DNA of 64,000 nucleotides, taken from assembly GCA_028281535.1 (NCBI GenBank), contig JANQJS010000047.1, positions 1,513-65,512 of the forward strand. Direction: 5' to 3'. Shown here in pieces: positions 30,701 through 38,431 of this stretch. Each line of letters begins with the position of its first letter. The stretch's first letter is position 1. The stretch comes from Sedimentisphaerales bacterium (GTDB taxonomy: Bacteria > Planctomycetota > Phycisphaerae > Sedimentisphaerales > SM23-30). The translations under genes were made by a program, and so were the position numbers. The notes below the pieces were generated by a model. That model had not been told where the DNA came from. It worked only from the letters and a program-made list of their open reading frames with translations, and searched no databases.

Positions 30701-33700
30701 TTAGATGTTCCAGGTGCGATTCAAGATAGTTATGTACTCGCTGGATATGATCCAGGGTTTGTTGACGCACAAGATGGTTTGTTTAATCCGACAGAATTAC
30801 GAGTCGATGGATCAAGTCAAGATGTTTTAGAGCAAGCGTTGACTGGCGATATTACTAAAGCAAATATAGGCGTTCTGGATAATTCTGTTATTGCAGCAGG
30901 GGTTAGCTCTGGAACCAACAGAATATTTGGCGATTTGGATGGTAGTGATCGTGCGGGAGCAGGCACTAGCATCATTGGCGATATTGAGATTGGATTAACT
31001 TCGCCAGGTACCAACAATAATCCTTTTGGTGTTTTTGCAGATACTGCGATTAACAGAATTACCATAAGTGGAAACACCTTTAATGATTCAACGCAAATTT
31101 CCAACCCAAATGGTTTCCGTTCATGGATTATCACCGATCCTCCCAGCGATAGTGGCATCACGCTCTTCGAAAATGGTATTCCTTTTAGGCCTCTAGCGGA
31201 CAATGCGATACAATTCACTGTGACGTTAGTTGGGGAAGGAACTGGCCATGTTACTTATGACAAGGATGCTGACCATATTGATTTGATCACATTGTCTGGA
31301 ACCACAAGTCAATCCCGCTTAAGAGTGGTTGCTAATGGAGGTCAAACGATTAATGTTGATAGACTTATTACAGGTGATGATGAGGGATTGAAGCAAATCT
31401 CTATTGATGGTCTGATAACATCTGAATTGTCCATTGGGGGTCAAGTCACTAAATTACAATTAGACGGTATCAGTGCTGGTGCGACAGTGGATATTGGTGG
31501 TGATGTTAGCAGGGCAGATTTAGGTATTTTATCTGGTAGTTCTGCTTCGCCTACCGAAATTGATATTCTTGGCAAAGTCAACCGCATGTCAACACGTGAT
31601 GTGTCCAGTCATGTGTCCATTTCAGCTGAAAATATTGATACATTTCAAACCAAAGGGTCAATGTCGGGAGTTTTGAGTGTTAGTGATCAACTACTAAAAA
31701 CCGTAAAAATCACCGGCAACTTGCCTGGTATAATTAGCTCTGAAGGAAATATCGATAGAGTAAACATCAAAGGCACATTGGGTGCTGAAGGTGTGCGACC
31801 TGTTCAAGGTGTCAGGGCACTTGGCGATATTGGTAGATTTTCTGCAGATACAGTTGTTCGATCTGTTATTGCTGCTGGCGGTAATTTAGACCAGGTTAAG
31901 GTTCGTAATAGTGTTTCGTTTAGTACGTTTGCTTCCGGCTTAGATATTGGCAGCGATGGCGTATTGAGTAATGTCAATGCTCAGGGTAATAACCTAGACG
32001 TGCCGCTTCGCGGTGATATTAATAAAATTTCCATTGGTGGTGATTTTATTGAATCAAATGTTATCGCTGGTATGAATGCAGGGGATGACTTACTATTTGG
32101 TACGAATGATGATCAGCTTCAAACAAAATCAGCTGAACAACAAGATGCGCCATCTATCGTTGATGTTTCATTTCCTGATTTATCCACCATAGATATCACG
32201 TTCGATGCTCCAATACAAGGGATTGCTTCAGATGTCAATAATGTAACTATTAAAGGATTTGCGATCGGCTCAAATTCTTCAGGTGAATCATTTGCGATTT
32301 CTGCTGCCGGTGATGTTAAATCGGTTTTTGCTAGAAATCAGGCCTTTAATGGTGTTGATAATATTAATCGAATTGAAGTTGATGCGAAAAAAATCAATGC
32401 ATCAAGCATTATAAACGACAATATCGACGATCTCGCCACAGCACAATCCGCAGCAATCGAAATTCGAGCGGATGGATTTGATAACGAATTTTTTACGAAC
32501 GATGATATTATTGTTTTTGGTGACAATAATGCTTTAACGCAAGCCTCAGTATTTATCACATTTGATGAAAACACCAACACCGCATCATTCCATAAAACCG
32601 ACGGTTTTATTGAAGATCAGCTTGGAACAAATTATTATCATATCACGGTGAAAGCCGATAGCGTGTCAAACCGAAACAGTATACAGCTTGATGGTGAGTA
32701 TGCCGGCCAGCTTCCTAGTGGAGATGGTAATCCAGGTGGAGATTTTGAATTTACTTTTGCGGTAGCTGATCTAGGCGATTCGGTTGTTAGCGCATTTGCT
32801 CCTTTTCAGTCAAATTTTCCAGAAAATCAAATATGGCAATATTCTGGTCAGATAGGCGATAATCAACAGTTTCCTTCGTCGCCTCAGTTTGACACTGATT
32901 TTATTCGACTCAATGATTTGAGCGAAGGTCAAATACTTAATTTGCGACTGAAGGACATTAATAGTACTTTTAATAACACGCAATATGGAATAAATCTATG
33001 GAAATTTAATGACAATCAAAATCTATTCATACCGCAAACATTAATTGAAAGCGGTGCCAGAACAGATTTGAGTCCTGCGAGATCTATTGTTATCCCAGAA
33101 ATTTCTGAGCTTGCTTTTGCTGGCAATAGCTTTTATGGCTACGAGGAAAGTGGAAAGCAATTTTATGCCATAGATCGATCAACACAGGCAATAACTTTGC
33201 TTGAAAATACCTTGCCTGACTTGAGTAGTTTGTTAACGACAGAATCAATCGTTGACATCAAAGCGCTAACAGGTCGTGGCCAGGATTCCTTCTGGGCCAT
33301 TGCAGATATTCAGCCATTGAATAATGACGACCCAAGAACGAGTTTATTGCAGATAAATAATTTATTTTTAGATGTAAGTAATTCGAATCCCAATAATCGA
33401 GCGTCCGTTGTTGTTTCAAGCAACGATATTGGCAATGCATATAATATAGTTGGCTTAGAAGAATTAGATGGTACTTTATATGGCCTTGATGCGAATTCTA
33501 ATGCATTAATAACCCTTGATATTACAGCTGACCCAAATGCCGTTGGTTCAACGTTTGGTGAGGTTGATAATGAGATAGGAAATCTTGGTAACAGTGAACT
33601 GAATTTAAAAGGGTTATCCATTGATCCATCAAATCGTCAATTGATTGCTTTGCATGATTTACCTGAAGAGAATACCAACAGTTTGTTGGATGACGCATTA

Positions 33701-36700
33701 TATTTTGTCGATACAACAACAGGGTTAGCGACATTCAGAAGTGAATTTTCCGAAAAAACAATGCGACAAGGTATAGCGGCTGAACCTGGTGGTAGTCTTC
33801 TCATTGGACTGCCTGTGCCTGGAAATCCTTTAACAGATACATTTAAAGTATCTGTTAATAATCAAACTTCCTTGGATCACGTGTTTGGCAGTACAGGTAG
33901 TCAGAATTTAAACAATGGTGTTTTCATAACGTCTGACCCTGCTACTCTTAGTATGAATGATGCTTCTATCAGTTATGCGAATAATGGTTTTTACTTCGCT
34001 TTTCAGATTGATTATATACCAAACAATGGATTGGTAACCGTTGATGTTACAGATGTCGAATGGCTTGACAGCATATCAAGGGAATTTGCGATCGATGTTT
34101 TTGACGATGACCCCAATTTCGTACAAACAACATCCTCATTTTTCTTTGATAATGATACGCCAGATTCAAATCAAATATCTTTAACCATTAATACCGATAG
34201 TGGTGATGGTTCCGTTATTGTTTATTTTGCTGCAACAGCGGATCTTGAAAACTTAACTCCCGTAGATAATGTGTTCCTGGATGAAATTATTGGAACCAAT
34301 GCACGGACCGATTTAAGTCCTCTTAGAGATTTATTGTTAGATCAAGTAGATGAATTAACCATCGTTGATAATGTCGATCTTGATGTGGATGATCATGACG
34401 GTGTTGTTTATGATGCAGATCAGCAATTATTTGCTTTGCTCAATTCACAAGATCTGTCAACAAGTTTGATCACTGTAACGGATCCGTTTAATGCAAATTC
34501 ACAGACCATCTTAACCTCACAAGTGTTATCTGATATCTATTCGGAAACATTGGGAAATACCAATGTGACGTTAAGTGATTTCAGGGGGTTTGAACTTGGG
34601 CGAAACAATGAGCTTTGGATGATAGCGCAGGTGACCACACAATCAGGCTCGCTTTCATTTTCACGCGATTCTCTTGTTAAAATTACAGATATTACTAATC
34701 CGGCTGCGGGTATTAATGTTGCTAGCCATAATCTTGAATTAGATGGCGTAGGATCGGACTTCTTTACTGATATACGAGAATTGGCCTATGGGTTTGTTGA
34801 CCAGCAAGCTGCATTTGCTGCAGGTAACCTGGATGTTTCAGATAAAATGTATGGTTTGGATGCTGCAACAAATACTTTAGTAACAATCGATTCAAGAGAG
34901 TTTATATTTGGCATCGATGGCGAGCTAACAATCAACAATGACTTTGGCAAAGCCACGGCTGTTGGTAACCAGGTGGATAATCTTGGTAATATTGGAACAA
35001 ATAATAATATAGGTTTCGACGTGACTGGTTTATCTATTGATAATTCCGGGCGTTTATTCGGTATTGATAATAACTCAAATTATTATGTCGAATTTGACAC
35101 TTCTGCTGTTATCGCTGAAGGCAGTACACGTATGCAACTCGTCGAACGGCTTTCAAATAGTGACTATAGGGCATTTGCATTTGATTTAGAAAATAACTTA
35201 TCATTAGCTGCAAGGTCAATTACTGATACGCCTGTGGGAGAAACATTTAATTTAACGCTTGTTAATGAGATTACTGTCGGTAATGTAACTACTATTACAA
35301 CTGAAAATGACATGCATTTATTTGGTGCAGCGACCACTCCGTTTACGGCAGCTAATTTTTCTATAACTTCTACAGCAAATAATGATAGTGCTACTGTTAC
35401 TTCTGAAGGGGGTTTCTATCAGTTTGATGTCTCTTATCAGGGAAATAACGGTGAATTACTCCTAACAATTGATGATATTGACTGGGATGATACCGGGGTG
35501 TCGCGTGGTAGTGTCGATTCTGTATTTGTTGATGACGCGGATGTTCAAGTAGTAGGGACTAGCGAAGACTCAATTACCATTTTAATAGATACTGGTACAG
35601 GTAATGCCCAAGAATCATTTAAACTATACTTTGGTGCTTCAGCCGAATTGGTGGACGTTATTGCACTATCTGAGTTGACGGGTATTAGTGGTACTAGCGG
35701 GGTTGGCGGTGTCGCAGAGTTAGGAAGTCGTATACCTGCTGATGGTGATTATCTTGTTGAGATCTTTTCATCTCAATTTTTCGGAGCTGCATCTTCGAGT
35801 TATGATTTAACCGCTCTACTTTATGATGATAATAACAGCGACTTTGGCATTGCTCAAACAACGAGCGGGCTCGTGTATGATCAGATTTTCCCAAGTAATG
35901 CTGCGATCGATTTAAATACTGGCAGTACTGATTTAGTCCAGGATGTTGATGATGCCAATTTGTTTAGTGTGACTCCTTCAACCATTGACACGTTAATCGT
36001 TCGAAGTGATGTTGCAGGGAGTTTACTTGAAGTAGGGCAAAATGGCCGTTTAATCATTGATTCTACCCTTGGTATTTCAAGCGACGTAGATATTTATAAA
36101 TTTGAGCTTAACGAAGGTCAGCGAATTACAGTTGATCTAGAGTCTAATACACTCTCAGGAAATATCACCCCATTTTCAGCGATTGTTGGCATATATAATG
36201 GTGATTTAGAAACTATAACAACAACACTTACTGATCCAGATGGAAATTTATCGAATGCTCAGCAAGCAGATGCATTTATTGAAGCACAGGCTCGCTTTGA
36301 TATGCCAAATCACCCAGGTGTGGTTATCGATCCTGATGTTAATGGCGTAGGTACCTACTATATAGTCGTTTCATCTGGGACTTCAAGCTCTGTGTTTAGT
36401 CAAACTGATTACCAGCTCATTGTTGAAACAACTGAAGCAGAACCAATTGAAACACCAGCTTCACAACTAGTATGGTTATCTTTCGAAGGATACGAAGCTG
36501 ATTTTCTTGTAGACGACCTTGGTTTCAATCCTGCCTCACGAGTGAGGCCTGCTTTTGATGCTTCTGTTTTTGATCTAGCAGGATTCAGGTCTGGTATTAT
36601 TAATGCTGTTGCGGCCAGAATCGAACAGAGTTATCGTGAAGTAGGGCTGACGGAAGATGAAATAGAATTTACATTAGTCCAACCAGCCGCAGGTACCATC

Positions 36701-37132
36701 TATTCAACAGTTAGCTTTGGTGGTAATGATGGTGGTGGTGGTTTCTATGGTATCGCTGAGGAGGTCGATCGTGATAATTCAAATCGATCAGACAGTGCTA
36801 TTGTAACAACCGATGACGTTGCTAATGATTGGCGGGCGGTTATGAGTGAAAATGAAAGTACACGATTTGACCAGGTCGTGAATGCATTATCGCTTATCGG
36901 TGCCCATGAATTAGGACATATTCTCGGATTAGAACATGGGACATCCGTTGATGCTCCTAGTGAAATTAATATTATGGCTTCAGGTGGCACATTTACTATC
37001 GAGCAAGAAATCCAGGGTAACCATGTGTTTGGTGACAGAAATTTTGATCGACAAGCGCAATTCGTAGGCTTTACAAATTCAATTGATATCCTACTGAGAA
37101 ATATTGGGTCAGGTACAATTCTTGGCGAATAA
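24728..37132 (+). CDS. Giant (4134 aa) secreted/surface protein with Planctomycete export motif, beta-rich repeats, PPC-like domains and C-terminal zinc metalloprotease
   Basis: AAGGAG + TTG start, basic leader with ECLESRVLL (24842-24862), PPC-like DYYSF and DVDIYKF segments, and HELGHILGLEH (36905-36937) followed by NIMA. Acidic and G/N/D/T-rich. Confidence 0.85.
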   Translation: MRRLLRRARQEASKKIQNYFHRPSKNGNIRKPGLVAECLESRVLLTTLTLSQGQTELIFDYADPEGTGTGGGAITTVSNFNEIRISTISGQPVSKDVSVELLNPFGGDIPGNINGVPVGGGPGGVGVISQVGPMDSFQINALATNSIGQTFGISSDGVLYSVNTATAEAQVINVVSDSDHPNASSFVNITYSNVQAAEFDPVSDTLYAVVEGPIAFNALGLPSVTGQVMITIDTNTGEAEPVGRDINGLANYQLSQINATEITSIVYSQEAGDNTSNLGISPVFIAYDDALVDQFVRLSVNGVDGSPFVDVTTDSIVAMTSPTIVIEGLMYSEDFNGANRLFGLNNGESQLAEINLANPDPAAVVVNFFAFPASTFPGADFPATLTGMSYNPVTQVGFATDPVSGSLYNIVTANLIPNPEDASTGLVVQGGISDIYQMYIASSTPDVQIVMTYYTITDGVKSYQPTGGAPAFLYVDEDETAVFTPDNAGGVMLGTIAVIPPDDGGGAADSVVYSPVTFNNPNHLSTQDPGPIGVYPGGFYRPGITVAPEAGTSLPQDIGKIQVGGGVFGDVQISGSVGTFYAGYLGTNTFEVEGDVQNLVVGTQAGGIREADGAWTPIAGAVVNINGELGSFYSNNDWGMPIRVHARSNAPSFPGVLDVFSSDADTQIYVPGVLEFERKIDTEGETVFFPQGAYDSSGAPIISNDSPYLAQYVGSIDGNVSIFGQLEGDDNIADGEVVDAEDYYSFGVLAGQTFEISLYNTFGLTNGATGHPANPTSQIQYALPGGLIDVFDPELNWIGNLGELDHVTGLPVPLEITAEKAGIYTVAVNGVYVSGVNEFTKRSGFTYRLDINGLSSTTLGGGNVVDEIRFATPLIQVTDGNIGAISSGGSYRSADIIVSNGSMAALRAGANALPLTTDFAARAFDQTPPNTGLTPTQGFDLELSDQDGVFVIDIAKINISGDMGRISSPLSSNFDISVGNNLQSLKIGSTVVNTGLAALSGDGDGGTGPGDEEIINNLTATVVVNGSIGEFSVQGSFGPEDLTNTTVGDDEIPSALFVNADGIGEPGIIDSLLVGGNFDSIVSVGNRSGNVRFVDIGGSISHLAGGFISTFGPFGFNAGQSVTVTDDSGVLVNISPGFKGPSSVDDFLFGATPPPGTVIPTSPGGILTLKLLPISDKTFAEFSGVVDRNEIGFAIANIDSTDGLVVTTDGGPVDIGLVTVHGGINQNAVFRGKDKISILHLAVAAPTGATAGSGETGITQVTNTTGGDIVSLQVGVSGSTGGGLVSQIKVDGHLGKTNNTTGQVIESNVIRANLGTNTADPGGTQRSGLVSGTSITNINVAGALSDVDVTGNVTNIVINSDKSQEPGQFDGAIGPIIITGNLTKIELGDGLPDPGTGYHAQSGLFVSGLLSTVEVTGNGHDINGPIFASGGINQVKVDNGAKILGYTSWGGTGERVRGAVFVKPTIAVLTSFDSYFIEQNFVSHSGTLNQVSVKGSDSEIRNSRIVATVINNITVSNGANGIFDSRIAGLGTAGATQGVINQINVGGEGISNTIIAADRLLSKLNVLPGGKITDSEIRGQFNINQIIADEITKTDIDAFNKLTRVTSRDGIFDLVIEAGELGRLTSGESILGSEINVAGPIGQISAKIDINSTIQASGPFSNLKKLSAGRDIGTPTGGTIIVDGVVGSITAGRDFNANLLLNWDPTPLSPQNPLGPRQINDHDGIELKTLKAGNRIRGLGDIGGDIGSIKSGSEFGFAGEEFAVHGSVKSITVGSKKLPSDIESNVTIDESLGSLKVYGSTNGSINVTDDFKSLSLIGTAERNANITEEINVGGDFNKISIKEGSIQANINVEGKSPKTSIKTSEAPVGAGLNSMEYHEESVTQNLEGDLTGVVIVGSGSDVNNSGSLTGTYISQGDMNRFVLGGDIAKGSVLVVDGDINLIEITGNIEGLIHVTGNVGTIKAANIIGTEDPLDPGLITDGLVTVSGSIGQLDVPGAIQDSYVLAGYDPGFVDAQDGLFNPTELRVDGSSQDVLEQALTGDITKANIGVLDNSVIAAGVSSGTNRIFGDLDGSDRAGAGTSIIGDIEIGLTSPGTNNNPFGVFADTAINRITISGNTFNDSTQISNPNGFRSWIITDPPSDSGITLFENGIPFRPLADNAIQFTVTLVGEGTGHVTYDKDADHIDLITLSGTTSQSRLRVVANGGQTINVDRLITGDDEGLKQISIDGLITSELSIGGQVTKLQLDGISAGATVDIGGDVSRADLGILSGSSASPTEIDILGKVNRMSTRDVSSHVSISAENIDTFQTKGSMSGVLSVSDQLLKTVKITGNLPGIISSEGNIDRVNIKGTLGAEGVRPVQGVRALGDIGRFSADTVVRSVIAAGGNLDQVKVRNSVSFSTFASGLDIGSDGVLSNVNAQGNNLDVPLRGDINKISIGGDFIESNVIAGMNAGDDLLFGTNDDQLQTKSAEQQDAPSIVDVSFPDLSTIDITFDAPIQGIASDVNNVTIKGFAIGSNSSGESFAISAAGDVKSVFARNQAFNGVDNINRIEVDAKKINASSIINDNIDDLATAQSAAIEIRADGFDNEFFTNDDIIVFGDNNALTQASVFITFDENTNTASFHKTDGFIEDQLGTNYYHITVKADSVSNRNSIQLDGEYAGQLPSGDGNPGGDFEFTFAVADLGDSVVSAFAPFQSNFPENQIWQYSGQIGDNQQFPSSPQFDTDFIRLNDLSEGQILNLRLKDINSTFNNTQYGINLWKFNDNQNLFIPQTLIESGARTDLSPARSIVIPEISELAFAGNSFYGYEESGKQFYAIDRSTQAITLLENTLPDLSSLLTTESIVDIKALTGRGQDSFWAIADIQPLNNDDPRTSLLQINNLFLDVSNSNPNNRASVVVSSNDIGNAYNIVGLEELDGTLYGLDANSNALITLDITADPNAVGSTFGEVDNEIGNLGNSELNLKGLSIDPSNRQLIALHDLPEENTNSLLDDALYFVDTTTGLATFRSEFSEKTMRQGIAAEPGGSLLIGLPVPGNPLTDTFKVSVNNQTSLDHVFGSTGSQNLNNGVFITSDPATLSMNDASISYANNGFYFAFQIDYIPNNGLVTVDVTDVEWLDSISREFAIDVFDDDPNFVQTTSSFFFDNDTPDSNQISLTINTDSGDGSVIVYFAATADLENLTPVDNVFLDEIIGTNARTDLSPLRDLLLDQVDELTIVDNVDLDVDDHDGVVYDADQQLFALLNSQDLSTSLITVTDPFNANSQTILTSQVLSDIYSETLGNTNVTLSDFRGFELGRNNELWMIAQVTTQSGSLSFSRDSLVKITDITNPAAGINVASHNLELDGVGSDFFTDIRELAYGFVDQQAAFAAGNLDVSDKMYGLDAATNTLVTIDSREFIFGIDGELTINNDFGKATAVGNQVDNLGNIGTNNNIGFDVTGLSIDNSGRLFGIDNNSNYYVEFDTSAVIAEGSTRMQLVERLSNSDYRAFAFDLENNLSLAARSITDTPVGETFNLTLVNEITVGNVTTITTENDMHLFGAATTPFTAANFSITSTANNDSATVTSEGGFYQFDVSYQGNNGELLLTIDDIDWDDTGVSRGSVDSVFVDDADVQVVGTSEDSITILIDTGTGNAQESFKLYFGASAELVDVIALSELTGISGTSGVGGVAELGSRIPADGDYLVEIFSSQFFGAASSSYDLTALLYDDNNSDFGIAQTTSGLVYDQIFPSNAAIDLNTGSTDLVQDVDDANLFSVTPSTIDTLIVRSDVAGSLLEVGQNGRLIIDSTLGISSDVDIYKFELNEGQRITVDLESNTLSGNITPFSAIVGIYNGDLETITTTLTDPDGNLSNAQQADAFIEAQARFDMPNHPGVVIDPDVNGVGTYYIVVSSGTSSSVFSQTDYQLIVETTEAEPIETPASQLVWLSFEGYEADFLVDDLGFNPASRVRPAFDASVFDLAGFRSGIINAVAARIEQSYREVGLTEDEIEFTLVQPAAGTIYSTVSFGGNDGGGGFYGIAEEVDRDNSNRSDSAIVTTDDVANDWRAVMSENESTRFDQVVNALSLIGAHELGHILGLEHGTSVDAPSEINIMASGGTFTIEQEIQGNHVFGDRNFDRQAQFVGFTNSIDILLRNIGSGTILGE

Positions 37133-37179
37133 TTTTGATATTTCGTCAAAATGTGTTATGATTTAATAGAACCATATCT

Positions 37180-38208
37180 TTGGAGGCACAATTGGCATCT
37201 GAAAAAAAACAACAAACCCAAAAAACTGTGTGGCCAATTGCTATTGTTTGGACACTGACTTTTATTACTTTACTTGCACATAGTGGGATAGAAATTCTAT
37301 CGAGTGCAGGCTATTTAGCAATAAATGATCAGGTACTTCTTGGTGGCAAATTAGTCTGGTTTACTTTTATTTTTCTTTTGGTGTTTTCAGTTGGTTTTAG
37401 TGTGATACTACTATATGGTTCAATTCAAACCATGGCAGGAAATATGCAAGACATGGTTCAGAATTCTCGGTCCATGCTGTCTAATCAAACACACTCAGAA
37501 GCCGTTTTAACCCAGGTAAATGAAAATTTACTATTGAGTGATGCTGTCAAATCTATTGCATTCCGTGAAAAAGATCGTACAGTACTTGAAGATGCTATAC
37601 GACAAGATATCCAGTTGGGTAAATGGCAATCAGCCGAATTTTTAATTAATCATTTAGATCGACGTTTTGGTTGCCGACAAGAAGCCCAGCATTTAAGAGC
37701 TGAATTGCAAAAATTTCGAAATGCCACCATTCAAGAAAAAATAAATTCTGCCATCAAGCGAGTTGAATCTTTATGGTCGATTCATGATTTTGCCGAAGCT
37801 CAAAAGCAAATCGATTTATTGATCAGTGCTTATCCAGCCAATGAAAGTATCAAGGGCTTGCGTGGAGAAACACAAGCAAAGCTAGAGCAACATAAGAAGG
37901 ATCTGCTTTCACGGTGGGATGAGTCGGTCAAGAACAACCAAATAGATGAAAGTGTTAAATTACTTGAATTACTTGATAATTATCTGACCTCCACAGAAGC
38001 TGCAGCACTGGAAGAGTCTGCCAGGGGTGTATTTCGTGCTAAATTACACAATTTAGGTGTACAATTCTCTATGGCAGTCTCTGAGAAGCAATGGATGAAA
38101 GCCCTGAAAACCGGAAGAACCATTGTAAATGAATTCCCAAATAGCCGGATGGCCCAGGAAGTTCGAGATAAATTGGATATTCTGGAAGAGAGAGTCAATA
38201 CTAGCTAA
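37180..38208 (+). CDS. Hypothetical inner-membrane protein with helical/TPR-like soluble domain
   Basis: 342-aa ORF with two N-terminal TM segments and a helical C-terminus (EFPNSRMAQEV). Confidence 0.7.
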   Translation: MEAQLASEKKQQTQKTVWPIAIVWTLTFITLLAHSGIEILSSAGYLAINDQVLLGGKLVWFTFIFLLVFSVGFSVILLYGSIQTMAGNMQDMVQNSRSMLSNQTHSEAVLTQVNENLLLSDAVKSIAFREKDRTVLEDAIRQDIQLGKWQSAEFLINHLDRRFGCRQEAQHLRAELQKFRNATIQEKINSAIKRVESLWSIHDFAEAQKQIDLLISAYPANESIKGLRGETQAKLEQHKKDLLSRWDESVKNNQIDESVKLLELLDNYLTSTEAAALEESARGVFRAKLHNLGVQFSMAVSEKQWMKALKTGRTIVNEFPNSRMAQEVRDKLDILEERVNTS

Positions 38209-38263
38209 AGTAGACGGTAAAATAGGTAATTTGTTCTACCGCTAGAAAGCGATTCAAATTTTA

Positions 38264-38292
38264 TTGACAGAATCAGCATATTTAGATAAAAT
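38264..38292 (+). promoter_or_regulatory. Sigma70-type promoter
   Basis: TTGACA-N17-TAAAAT upstream of the 38432 ORF. Confidence 0.65.
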
Positions 38293-38431
38293 ATTCTAAT
38301 TATCTGCAACGGTAAATTTATTTAATAGAATAGTTTATAGCGAGCCCGCCTAATAACTTCTTTAATGCAATCCTGGTCGTTCCAGTTCCATTTGCAAAAT
38401 GGCTCATTGAGAATAGCAATTATGGAGAATC

